Source: Bugula neritina
Taxonomy: Eukaryota > Animalia > Bryozoa
DNA length: 64,000 nt
Assembly (NCBI GenBank): GCA_964035545.1
Contig: OZ037766.1
Location: forward strand, 26,564,343 to 26,628,342
Reading direction: 5' to 3'
Below are positions 37,105 through 49,800 of this stretch, in pieces; position 1 is the first letter of the stretch; the number at the start of each line of letters is the position of its first letter. Made by a program: the position numbers and the translations under genes. Below the pieces are notes generated by a model. The model saw only the letters and a list, made by a program, of their open reading frames with translations, had not been told where the DNA came from and searched no databases.

Positions 37105-38129
37105 TTAGTAAAATCTCCAGGTTAGTATACCAGTCTGCTTTTTTTTTTGCAGTTTAAGATTTGACACACTTTCTATTACATAATCATTTATTCTGTGTTC
37201 TCATGTATCAGATAGATTTGCATTTGCGGTTTTTATTAACCATTCATCAAATGAAGAATTCATGCTACGAATAGGTACGGAGTAAATTTCAAATCCCTTT
37301 TAGCTTATATATAATACATCCTTATTTGCAATATATACTACTATCTTTTTCTACATCCTACGGGCATTAGATCTGTTTTCTATAAATATTAGTTGCCAAT
37401 TGATTGCTGATATCTGCCTTTGTCACAAAAGGTTTCAATTTTGCATAATATAGATAGAATTTTCCATTGGAGGAACCGTTGAATGGATTTGCAATTGCCG
37501 TTTTCCTTCAATTAATACAACTTCTGTTACCTGGCTATAAACATCTTTTAATCAGGCATGTCCTGTCTGTTTTGTTAAACTATGACTTTTTAACAGCTCA
37601 CACCTGCCTTTAAAACCTTTATGAAATCATCGTTATTAGAATTTTGTTATCTAAAACTGTAAATCAATGACAGTTGGGGTATAATAAAACGATATTAATG
37701 TTAACAGCTATTTAATAAAGTCTATACGCATATGTCTATAAATAGAATCTGGTAGACACCAAAACAGCTGCTGTTTACAGAATATATAATCAAAAAAAAG
37801 CAATTCAATTAGATGTTATTTTACTGTGCTACTATTAGTTACGTGCTTCTTTAGCACTCCTCAGGCACATGAATTACTGAATTTAAATTTTTACATTAAA
37901 AAAATCAAGATGTAAAACACAACGTAAAACATAATGCAAATATAGTGGTGACTTTGAGGTTATTATAGGCTTTTAAATATTTAAAAAAATCTATAAAGAA
38001 ACACAATATAGGCACACAATTTATAGCAAATATAATTTTATTGGGTGGTAATTATATAGGTGTTTGAATATTATTTATTGTAGTACATGTATATATAAAA
38101 TATAAAATATAGAATCTCCAAGTCTTATG

Positions 38130-38778
38130 GCTGCACAGTAAAAAAATTTTTGAATGTCGGCAGGTTGATAGGAGTTCATTTTGCTTGTTTAAAGTACACA
38201 TGTTAGGTTTTGTATAAAATAAAAAAATATTCCCATAAGCATAAATTACGCGGTATTGTACAGTTTCAATTGTTTCAATATTTTCCAACTTATATTGTGT
38301 TTAATGTTTTTGTTAGTTAGTTGACAAATGTATTTACTAAGTTCTGCCTAGTTCGCTTTCTCTTTGTTTTTAAATGACAATTTGCAGTTTGAATATCTTA
38401 GTTTGAAAGATCCTTCGCTCAGGCCAATGTACATTGCAGGCTCTATTTCAGCAGTTTCTACAGTTGATTGGTATATTACATTGCTTTCCTGACAGTTTTC
38501 TTTTAGTGGACAGCTTTCTCTTTCTCTGCCGTTGTAGTTTTTTTGTGGAAGTTTTGTTTTTGTGTTTCTTTTTTTTAATATTCTATTATTGTGGGCGCTT
38601 ATATATTATTGTCTGTTTTATTTTTGGCATACAACTTTAGCTACCTTTCATATTGTTTATATTAATTATTTTATAGAATAGATGTTGCTTCGGGAATTCT
38701 TCATTCATTATTTTAAAAAAGGTTTTTGCAATTTTTGTGGCTACATGTTAATTGGCTGTATATGATGGATTGTTTGAC
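38130..38778 (-). mobile_element. Decayed Penelope-like retroelement 3' end (linker and GIY-YIG endonuclease)
   Basis: Minus-strand translation, with stops and frameshifts, gives FPKQHLFYKII...SCMPKIK...SAHNNRIL...CPLKENCQESNVIYQSTVETAEIEPAMYIGLSEGSFKLRYSNCKLSF...*AELSKYI...ISWKIL...TLNKQNELLSTCRH. This matches the PLE endonuclease pattern. Confidence 0.85.
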
Positions 38779-38980
38779 GTGATTTGCATAAAAATGTACC
38801 GTTTGGTGCATGCAAAATAAAAATTTATTAGGCTGAAATTATTGACAAAATCCTATATAGGGGTGTATTATCTATTGCTTTCTTGTTGTTAGTTACATTT
38901 AAGTTAGAATAAACGAAGAGTGGATAATTTACTCATAATTATATATTTATATTATACATTTGAAAAATTCAAGGTAAAAT

Positions 38981-39248
38981 ATGTGTTGTGTGTGTTGTGC
39001 GTGTGTTGTGTGTGTGTTGTGTGTATGTGTGTTGTGTATGTGTTGTGTGTGTGTTGATTTGTGTTGTGTGTTGTATGTATTTGTGTGTATGTGTTGTGTG
39101 TGTGTTGTGGGTGTGTTTGTGTGTGTGTTGTTTGTGTGTTGTGTGTGTTGTGTATGTGTTGTGTGCATGTGTGAGCGTGTGTGTGTGTGTGTGCGTTTTC
39201 GTGTGTGTGCTTGTGCGTGTGTGTGTGTATGCGTTGTTCATGTGTGTT
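38981..39248. repeat. Expanded imperfect (TG)n/(TTGTG)n microsatellite
   Basis: Seen directly; shorter homologous tracts at about 29900-29945 and 34550-34605. Confidence 0.95.
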
Positions 39249-39537
39249 TTACATTATATCAGGTATAGTTTATAAATAAAAAGCTGAAAAGTATAAAATT
39301 ACCAAAGACTATAACTTTTTCAAATATATTATAGTTTATGCTTAAATGCTTTGCGCCCGTGTTTTTAATGTAAAAGAACACATTTAGTTTTTTGCAGATA
39401 CACCAGTTGCTTTATTGTTTAGGAAACAGGCAATACAATTTCCATAAATTTATTCAAAAAGTTGTAATATGCGGAAATAAAATTTAAACTATTTGCAACT
39501 GTTGGTAGTGAAGACAGTTTTCCGGCCAAAAGTTGTT

Positions 39538-40116
39538 TTAGTGTTTATTGCTGCATGTGCAGCGTTTTGTATTGGTAACGTATCCATAATATCTGTAACC
39601 TTTATTTCTACAATAGTCCCTGCATTTGGAAAGTGTGCGGAAATATCTAGGTCCAGCTGTCACGGAACCTTTTAAAAATTTAAATGAATATTTAACAACA
39701 TAAATATATATCTCTGTATTAAAAACATTGTAGGTAATATGCTGGTAGAAATAGCTATCATTCTTAAGAACATATCAGATGAAACTTCTATTAACCTCAT
39801 AAACTATCACTACATCTCTGAGATGGTGCACTACATCTCCGAGACTTATCTTTCATTCAATGCATAGGGTCAGTGTCAATGGATGAAACAACAGCTTCAT
39901 GCAGGTTAAAGCAAACTCCAACCACAAATATCTTATCCATTGAATTGTGGGAATGCAGTGATTTTGTTCATTAGTAAATACTTCGAGATTTTGACGCACA
40001 TCAATATAAAATTAATGTTCATTGTTGATAGAAAATACAACAGTTATATGGTACTTACATGTTGAAATAATGGTGATAAGTACAGCCAGTAACAAAGCAT
40101 AACACCTCATTTTCAT
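39538..40116 (-). CDS. Secreted 4-Cys defensin-like (CS-alpha-beta) peptide precursor 3, 62 aa, highly cationic
   Basis: Exons 40059-40116 and 39538-39668. MKMRCYALLLAVLITIISTCSVTA-GPRYFRTLSKCRDYCRNKGYRYYGYVTNTKRCTCSNKH*. The mature part has 10 K/R against 1 D. Confidence 0.87.
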
Positions 40117-41880
40117 TTTTTGGTTCTCAAACAAATTATTTGTGAAAGTTTGCTGAAATATAATAAACATATACAGAAAGAAGTTCATAACTTTTTTGCG
40201 AATCATATAACATAATATACATTTTTCAATTTTAATGAAATCGCATGTTTTTTAATCACCCGTCAAAAGCTACGCAACTATAAGTTGAACATATTAAGAA
40301 CTATATCAATGAATCTTATAGGGACTGGCAAGTGTTTCAGTAAATCAAACATCTATAGCAATGTCAGCCAGGGAGTAAAAATAAATTATTTAGTTTCTTA
40401 CCTGAAGCTTACAATAAACAGAAATCTTGTAATCTGTTATAGTTATAGTGAAGAAACACCTATAATGTAGTTCAGAAAGAGCCTTTACTTATATATCATT
40501 TTTGATTTAGATTATTACACGTGGCATTCGAATGATTGGTTAACCACTTGACCCATGCAGCCTCTACAGCTGTTATATAGTTTGATCCAGAATCTTCCGC
40601 TCTGTTTGTATTCTATTTTGAGTTTCTACAAAATACAAAACTTACAACATATTTAGCTCTGCATTCTAGGACATTGGTTAATTTACCTCAATTAAGGTGA
40701 CACAGTCAGTTCACCTATAACAAGTTACTATATATTTGTTCATTCTTTTAAGCAAAAGAAACCGTTGAATTATAAAAGATAACAGGTTCTTTTTAACTTT
40801 ATTCACTTCAGTTTAAAGAAACTGTTAATGACTGGTGCCTGGTAAAAATGGCTCAGGCAATAATGGCACAAATGGAAAAGTAGGTAAAATTGGCAAATTT
40901 TCATTATTGGAGTTTAGTTTTGAGGGTTTAGATCTGAGTGTGAAAGTTTAGAGGGGGGGGGGTTTGGGCAAACTTAGCATCAGTGTGCCATTTTTACCAG
41001 TGCCATTTTTACTTGTGCTGTTTTTATCTAAATTTGTAAAATCGCTATAACTTTTATCTCAATATATACAGGGTTAGTAAAGTCTCCTGGTTAGCTGTGC
41101 ACCAGTCTGCTTATTTTTTGCAGTGTAAGATCTGACACACTTTCTATTACATTATCATTTTTTCTGTGTTCCCATGCATCAGATGGATGCTTGCAAGTAT
41201 GATTTGCTGTTGAGGTTTTTATTAACCACGCACCAAATGAAGAACTCATGCTACGAATAGGTACGGAGTAAATTTCAAATCCCTTTTAACTTATATACAT
41301 CCCTATTTGCAATATATACTACTCTCTTTTTCTACATCCTCTGAGCATTAGATCTGTTTTCTACATATATTAGTCGCCAAGATTGCTGATATCTGCCTTT
41401 GTCACAAAAGATTTCATTTTTGTGTGACCTGTTTACAGGCTTTGCATAATAAAGATAGAATTTTCCGTTGAAGGAACTTTTTAAATGGATAAATGCAATT
41501 CCAGTTTCTCTCAATTCATTAACTTTTTTCAAACATTGATTGAAAAATTCATTCGCATGATTGGAATCATGGGATGTAAACGTAGTGATATAGAATATGG
41601 GTGACGTGGACAGCTGCTGATTTCCAGGTGCTACTTGGTTATAAATATCTTCTAATCGGGCATGCGCTCTGTATTTTGTTAAACTGTGACTTTTTAACCC
41701 CTCACACCTGCCTTTAAAACCTTTATGAAATCAGCATTATTAGGATTTTGTTATCTAAAAACTGTAAATCATTGCCAGTTGGTATAATAAAATGATATTA
41801 ATGTCAGTAGCTATTTAATAAAGTCTACACATATGTCTATAAATAAAATCTGGTAGACACCGAAGCAGCTGCTGTTCACA

Positions 41881-41882
<2 letters not shown>

Positions 41883-41941
<59 letters not shown>
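41883..41941. repeat. (TA)n microsatellite at the end of unit 3
   Basis: Seen directly. Confidence 0.97.
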
Positions 41942-41944
<3 letters not shown>

Positions 41945-41949
41945 GTAAA

Positions 41950-42620
41950 AAAGGCAACTTCCAATGTCAAAGAAAATTTCAATTTAGAAACTAGTAGTAG
42001 GCAACTGGAGGAAGAACAGAGTTAAGGAAGAGTTTGAAATTTTAACAGAACGAACAGATGAGATTTGTGACTGGTTCTATTGTAAAGTCTTTCATTGCTT
42101 GCTCAATTCCTTAACTGATTTAACAACAACTTATCCACACATTTGTAAACATTTGTTGATTTGAGACCAATAATCCTTCTGAGGAACTGTATAATTGTAA
42201 ATTGAAGTTGAAGTTAAAATAGGGAGTTGTCAGTACTTAAGTTGAATAAACAAGCATGATCTGCATGAGAAAGGAAGAAAATTACAGAAAGAAAATGATT
42301 CTAAATCAGTTCTTTTCTGCTGCTTAGCCATGAGTTTGAATCTATCAAGCCACTCATTGAATTCTCCACTGCTGCCAAGCGCTATCCTTGTAATATTTAA
42401 TTATTATGTCAGAAAGCTTGACTGATGCCATTGCAATGTGTGCTGAAATAGCTTGTAATTATGATGCATATAGACAAGTATTACCATAAGTTATTATCAG
42501 CTTTTTTACTGTCACTGCAGCTCATTCTATCAAACCTCAAAGCTAACTGACGGCTTGAGGAACAATATGTCAAAGGTCATAACAGTTACATATCACATGT
42601 CACATGAAGAAGCACATTAA
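41950..42620 (+). pseudogene. Possible decayed hAT transposase C-terminal fragment
   Basis: Broken frames give DWFYCKVFHCLLNSL, AYRQVLP*VII and LRNNMSK, weakly like the LRSTM region of the hAT dimerisation domain. Matched by eye only. Confidence 0.3.
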
Positions 42621-45600
42621 TGTATAATTGCCTGACAGCATTATTGTATTGCTATAACATTTCATAATACAAAACTAGGAAAAGTTATAAGTCATGGGAT
42701 GATATTGTCATATTGCTTCAGTAAACAGACACGAACATTACAGAACTATTTAAATTGCTTGTTTGAAAAAAGTAACCAGCATTAAAAACCTTTGCTACAT
42801 GTTCATTTTGGCTATAAAACATATTTTATATGAATGAGTTAAAAATATACTATATCATATAACCAAATAGCACTTTGGAAGGATGATTTGAACTTAAAGG
42901 ATATGGTCAAGTTATGATCTTATGTTAGCTGAGTATATTGTGTAGATCATAGTAGCAAAAGAAATATGTGGTTTTATGTAACAACTTGTACTGCCAGGCT
43001 AAGAATAATGCAGCTGGTAAGACTACACCTAAAGCAAAGGTGTCGGCTGACTCTTAGTGGAATGACATCAACAAAGATGTAGTCCCTATAAACAGTGAGT
43101 ATGCATTGCAGCTTAGAAGATGTTCACAGAGGGTAGCCAACTCCTACGTAGTCATTACTTCATTGAGAATTTCACTGTAGCTGCACCTCACTTGGAGTAG
43201 TCAATATATGGAAGTGATTTCAAATTTTCAAAATTATTTCTGACATTCAATAAAACTTTCGATAAAGTCAAATTCAATTTAAGTAAATGTCAATAAACAA
43301 ATTTCAACTTCAAGTGTACACTAACCCATAAGGAACTTTCTAGATAGGCGTGCAAAGGCTTCATATTGTGTAGTATATCCAAGTAATAATAAAAGTGAAA
43401 AGTTTAGTATTAAAATCTGTGCTTGTTTACAAAAATTTGAACTCTGTGTTATTGATTTATACTAACAAAATCTCAAAACTCAGTGCAGGCTACTTATATA
43501 CAGTAACTAATATAGTATAATATACCACACTTATATATTGCAGTATAACATAATGCAGTAATATACTATAGCGTAATATACCATAGTATAATATACTAAG
43601 GCATAGTATGCTATAGTATGTTATGTTACAGAAATATTAGTATATTATACTGTAGACTGTAGAGCATAGTAGAAAAGTAATATACAGCCGTCCGGCATAA
43701 TGCAAGCTACCCTACTATTATTATTATAAAGCTATTGATTTTATCACACCAAAACCATTGTATCCAATGAATGCACGGTGTTGGCAAAGCCTACTTGTGT
43801 TAATTTTATGTCAACTACCAACCATCTGCACGCAGGAATAACAAACAAGTAAAGTTGAGTCACTAGGTTAAAGGTGAATACATCACGCTGAATTGAGTCA
43901 GTACTGTTCAGTTTGACTGGTGAGTAAGTAGATTATAGTAAATATATTATAGTAAGTAGTAAAGCAGCAGTGTAAGTCGGCTACTGTAGTTCATAGCATG
44001 CAGTTTATAGTTATATTTATGAGATGGTTTTTACTTTAGTCAACTGAACAACTAATCTGGTAGTGTAGACTCAAGATTCAGATTGTGGTTATGAATAGCC
44101 TCTGGCTCTACAGCCAAATTTAAGTTTAGTAAACTGCTTTATATAATAATATACATCATGTTTTATTTATGACTAGTAGTAGTAAGATTATACTAGCAGT
44201 ATCAGTATGTAGGTTGATTAAACATATTACGTAGCACTATCTGTGACTTTATATGACATTGAATTTGACGGTTACACTCACAGTTGCCTGCAGAAACCAC
44301 CACACCACCACACTGAGTCACTGAGTCACTGACACTCACCGCTCAGTCTCACTCTGTAGTGGTCCTGTTTAGCAAGCTCTCAAGTTCTGTAGGCCTACTA
44401 GTATTAGTATTAGTAACTGCCATCTTTCATGTTCCATTCGCATCTTCTGTTTATAGTAAGTCAACTATGCTTGAGCTTTTTCTCTTTCTCTGTCCAACTA
44501 TCTTTATCTCAGTCACATGTATGCTGTCCTCTTCATGGTCTGTTCAGCTGCTTTTTACCTTTGCTTCACATGTTGATGTAATAGATATCTACACAGCTAT
44601 GGGTAGCACGCTGACTCGCAAGTTGGAGGACTTTGGTTCTATTTATGTCTGGAGCAATTTGTTTTTACAAGCTCTTTCAGCCTTCAAACTCAGTAGAACT
44701 TCTAGAGAGTTGAGGCGCAGGTGGAGTCTAACTAGTGATGTATTAAGCAGGGGCCAGCAAAGTTCTGGAGAACTGGGTGGAATGTGTGTTGAGATTCCCC
44801 AGCAGCCCCTACAGTGTACTACTAAGTAGTACAGTTTATGGTAAATTTTTGGCAACTTTAGAAAGTTTCCTTCCAAATATGCACATTCACTTGTTACACA
44901 TTCACCAAAGTAATCTGATGAAAACAATGCCTTATTGATTACAAAATTAATCTTTGCAGAGAAGTACCAGCATAGAGTGTATAGCTACATACTGCAGGTA
45001 TTCTAGTCGTATTTGGCAAGCTAATGCAAAGTTGGTGCAGTTATAATGAAGAAACTTAGAAAAGCCTGCATTACATTGTCCAATATTAACCCTGGCATTA
45101 TAGGTGATACTTAATTGTATGTTAAAGCAATCTCTTCAAAAATATAATGATGCAGTATAAACTGAAGTGAATGTCATTTGCATATTGTGTTTTCTCCGCC
45201 CATTGATTTATGAGGTGAAGTTAATCTTTATTCAGAAAATAAGCTCTATTCTCCAACCTAAAAGTGTAGTTCCAGGCAATATTCTCTCCAAGTAATACTT
45301 GAGATACTAGAAGTGTTACTTGAGGCAGTAGTGACTTGAAAAATCCAATGAAATGCAAAATCTCAATTTCAAATTAGTATATTTTTTGGTATAAGACATG
45401 GTATATGGTAATTACTGTTTGCCAGCATGAGTCTAAACTCTAGACTGTAAAGATGTGGATGGTGCATAATACTTCTTCAGAGGAGGTACTGTAAGAGTAA
45501 TTTAGCAAGTTGAAACTGTTCTTCTCTCCATGGCCTGTTTTTCTAATACAAACTTCAATAGTAGCACTTTATCAAAACTCTATTAAACATTACTTCCATG

Positions 45601-46861
45601 GAACTGTGAATACAATACAATAGACTCGATCTAAATTTGACTATACAGTTTGTTTGTCATAATTTGAAAGGAAGCATACAATATATTGTAGGATTAATAA
45701 ATATTATGTTTAGGTATAGCCAGCCAGTTGTACAAGCAATAGCTAATGACATTTCTTTAGTAATTATACATTGTCATTATACTGGTCCAAGCTTATGGCT
45801 TGGGTAGCTATTTGCATAGCTCCATGCATTGGCCGACAGTTATATTATTAATGGCCCAGATGAACCTCTCTACTTACTGTCATACAATAACTTTACTCCA
45901 GTGAAATAGTCTTTCAGGGAGCTGCTGCTCAATGAGCAGGTGGATATGAGTACACCTCAGGGGTTGCAGGTGGATATGAGTACACCTCAGGGGTTGCAGG
46001 TAAATATTTGGGGAGGGGGGTTTGCAGGTGAATATGAGTATGTCAGGGGGCATGCTAAGTACATAAGTAATTGAAATACCTTTGCATATATTTGAAGGTA
46101 CTTTGTCATGAAACTTTATGTCGTTGCCTGCTACTTGCAATTTTCAAGGTCTAAAACAACTGCTGCGTCAAGCTTTTCTTTCTTGACATTGCACCATTCT
46201 GCTCACCTATATCCTATTCTGACAAATCTTATTACTATTAGTTTAATGAAAATTGATTTTTATAACTTTTTATTAATGAAATGGCAAAGTTGATTTTGCT
46301 TGTAGATTTTCAACTCTGATAGCCATAGATTCTTTTAAAATCATATGGCTTACTCTTGAACATTTTCAATACGTGATAAAATGTTGTTTAGTCTTTCGAC
46401 AGTTTTCTTCAAATTTTAATTAACAGCAATACTGTGTAATATTCAAAGTTAGCATCAGTCTTTGAGTGCACAGAATCAAAGATGTAACCACGTGATGTAA
46501 AATGTCTAGACCTAAATGAGCTCTATTCAGGTAGAGAAATGAGCTCTATTTAGGTGAAGAAACAGAAAAATTTTAATAATTATTATTTATTTTATTGATA
46601 AGCTTCGATTTAGAGCACAGGTGAAAACTCTCACAAAAACATCGTTTATTTGCTAGTTTTTTTAAAATATAAAAACAAGTTTTTGTCCAGTTTCTTCACT
46701 ATATATTGCACCTATTCTGCTATAAACATGTGTAGCTGTAGCATTGTATATGGTTTATTTTGTAGGACATATAGAAGTCTTCCCCAGTAAACCAACCGCC
46801 AGAGAGGGTCTGTGAAATCTGTTTTGTTTTGCCAGACCAGTAGAAAGACATTCATGAAGAA

Positions 46862-49800
46862 ATGACAAGAGCTACAAAAAGAATATTTGAATGGAGTATC
46901 GTAACAATAGGCTGTTTACTATGTTACCTTTTATTATCATGTAAATACCACTGGAACTTGCAGGTTAGTGAAGTAACAATACAATATTTACTTTTAAATG
47001 TAATTATTTATGGTTACACTTCCATTCTAGTATCTTATTTGGACAGAAGCTTGGCTTAAAAAGTTTTTTTGGTTGATTATGTTTAAAAAAGAAATTTCAA
47101 ACTAAAAGTCTTTAAATATTTCTCTCCGGAATCCCACCTTGATGAGTTTTGTAGTTATGAAATACAGTATACCTGCTTAGTAGGATTATAGAGAACTTGG
47201 TTGGTGTTTAAGATGAATCTTCACAAGTAGATCATTTAGTGTAGGGCCACATGACGTGACGTGAGAGAAATCCCATTAGAATACACTCTAGTAACCTGCC
47301 ACACACAGTGCATGTGTTTCGAGTGCAAAAATTATTAGCCAATGATGTTAGCGTTAAACTTTACTGCTTGCCTACAGACGTTTGTTTTAAACTACGTCAT
47401 CGGATTTGAATATTTTAAAAGCGGAAATGCAAACTATATAAAACTGTTTTAATTCAGCTGACTAGAAGTTAAATCGTAAATTAAAATAAAAAAATGTGCT
47501 CCCTAAATATTACATGGTAATAAGCCAATTAGATCAAACTGTGTCGCACAAGCGTATCGCACTTCTCGCTCAGCATGTTAGACGCTTGAAAATCCGCACG
47601 CAATGTCCAATTTTTGGGCTCAATGGGATTTCTCGCACATTGCGCTCATTGTAAGACGCCTCGTGTGGCCCTACACTTACATTTACTCTTGGCTCACAAC
47701 TGAAATTTACATCTTAAAAACTGGGTTTACATCTTCTATAACACCAGCAAAGCTAAAAATGCAACAAGTCTATTTGTAGAACAATAGTTGCACATTTACA
47801 AAACTGATGCTCATATATGTTAACATAACATAAAGCTTTAATTAAATATTATGTTGTAGCCAGCGAGACAAAAGGTAATGCAATTATTTATTAATTATAA
47901 AACACAGCATAATAATTATAAATGTTATCCAAACAGTTAGTACTGCATCTGGTTTAGCCAAATAATTGGTAATGCTAATCAGGAAGCATAATTTTGTTTT
48001 TGATTATGGCATAAGAAAGGGTAGTTAATGGACCATTGGCAAAAAATCATGTGCTGGCAAATACACTAAATTATATTCCATTTATTCTCAGTCTTTGCCA
48101 ACTTATTATGTTGGTATAAGTTACAACTGTGACCTTACAATTAATTTTGACTTCAAAATCAAAGGTGATATATTAACAATTCTCCACCCCTCCCCCTCTT
48201 GCACCCTCCCTCCCCATCACCCTCCCTCCCCATCACCCTCCCTCCCCATCACCCTCCCTGGAAGCTAGTTGTTTACACTGTTTATACTAACCCAGCAAAG
48301 TGAGAATAAGGATTCTGAATGTTTTCAAAACGAAAACAAAAAAGTAGCTAATTTAGTAAAGCTGCTTTAGTAACATGCTCGTTGCATAAGAATAAATATA
48401 TTTGGTATAACTGTTTTCAATGCTTAACTGTTTCTCGTGTAATTATTAGGATCCAAAGCCCAACGAGGAAGCCCAGAAGAAAATGAGAGAGCTTGCAATA
48501 CAAGAAAAACTAGAAGTATACGAGGCCTTAAAATCAATGAAGGCTCGAGCGGATATTGTCAGTGATTTGTGCCAAACTGAGTATGTTATCAGTATAATAT
48601 AATGTGTTTGTTATCTTCTGTTTAAGGGCGCTTTCGGATTCCCCCTACGCGTAGCCTACTGGGCTCATTGATGAATTTACTCACTTTCTCTCCGTCGAGT
48701 ACTCCTCAATGAGCTTCGTATGGGTGCACGTAGTACCCATTGGGTAGAGCAACAAGTTTTTAAGCGCCCTAATACTGATTTTTCATTTTACTTTTTCTAT
48801 TTACAGTACCGCTTTTTTCTTTCCTTATTCCCTTTCTTATATTGCACCAGACTTTTTCTGGTTATACTTTTTTCTAATCTATGTGTTTTCAACTTCCTTC
48901 CAGCTTTATTTTGACAGCTAGCTAGTGTTACACTTTTGTTTTCAATAGTTTTGCGCTGGGTTCCTCATTGATTTCTGATAACCATAATTCTACCCAACCA
49001 AACTGCATCAGCAAAATTTTACCACCAAAGCTGCTCTAGTGTAAATTTTTAATGCTCTCTGACACACTGCATTTATGCAGTATTCTATTATTCACATATA
49101 TCTTGGCTATTGGCTAAAAACAACATATTGATTTTATGATAAATTTTGTGTATGTTATAAAATTAACATGGACATACTATGCAGAAGTTATATTTAGCTG
49201 ATAGCCAACATCTATGTGAATCATTGAATACTACACAAATGTACTACGTCAAAGAGTTTTTGAAAAAAAATTATGTAGAGTTGAGTATATTAGAATGTTC
49301 TGCAAGTATATAAGATGACATTCCATGACAGGTTGTAAATCAAGTTTTCAATTATTTGTACTCATAGTAGAACTGATTTATCTATACTTTACAGCATAAA
49401 GTATAAAACTGATCCTGGTTTTTGCTTGGGAAATTCAAAATCAAGGACCTTGCTAAGCACGAAAGACAAATCTCTAATGTATACGCCAATACCAAAATGT
49501 GGCTGGACCACTTGGATGGTAGTATTCTTTGACCATTATAAAGTTTATCACGATGGAAATACCGGGTATGTATGAGTGAATTTTCAAATGTGAAATGGTC
49601 TTTCACTTTGAGTCCTATTTAGTATATGTTACCTTACACTTATTAAATTATTAAAGTATTCAAATGCGTAGTATTTAGCTAAAAGCAAAATTGCTGAAGG
49701 AGGAACCATTAAGAAAAAGCATTGCATTCCACCGGCCAAACTAGAAGATAGCAACTTTCTATGCTCAACCCTGCATAGTTGAGTTGCTTATTAAACTTGT

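Larger units (their letters stand above)
33426..37787. repeat. Tandem segmental duplication, unit 2 (carries peptide gene 2 and two private MITE insertions)
   Basis: Collinear with units 1 and 3 apart from the insertions at 33582-34526 and 36762-37104. Confidence 0.92.
38779..41885. repeat. Tandem segmental duplication, unit 3 (carries peptide gene 3)
   Basis: Collinear with units 1 and 2; the intronic palindromic element is missing here. Confidence 0.92.

Noticed and set aside
38947-39275. Cys/Val-rich and His/Thr-rich ORFs resembling metallothionein
   Set aside because: Translations of a TG microsatellite.
39493-39675. Plus-strand 60-aa hydrophobic ORF
   Set aside because: Antisense shadow of peptide gene 3 exon 2. 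The minus-strand frame has the splice sites, the leader and the conserved cysteines.
44359-44829. 156-aa plus-strand ORF
   Set aside because: Non-ATG start and no recognisable motif; more likely the antisense shadow of a decayed minus-strand frame.
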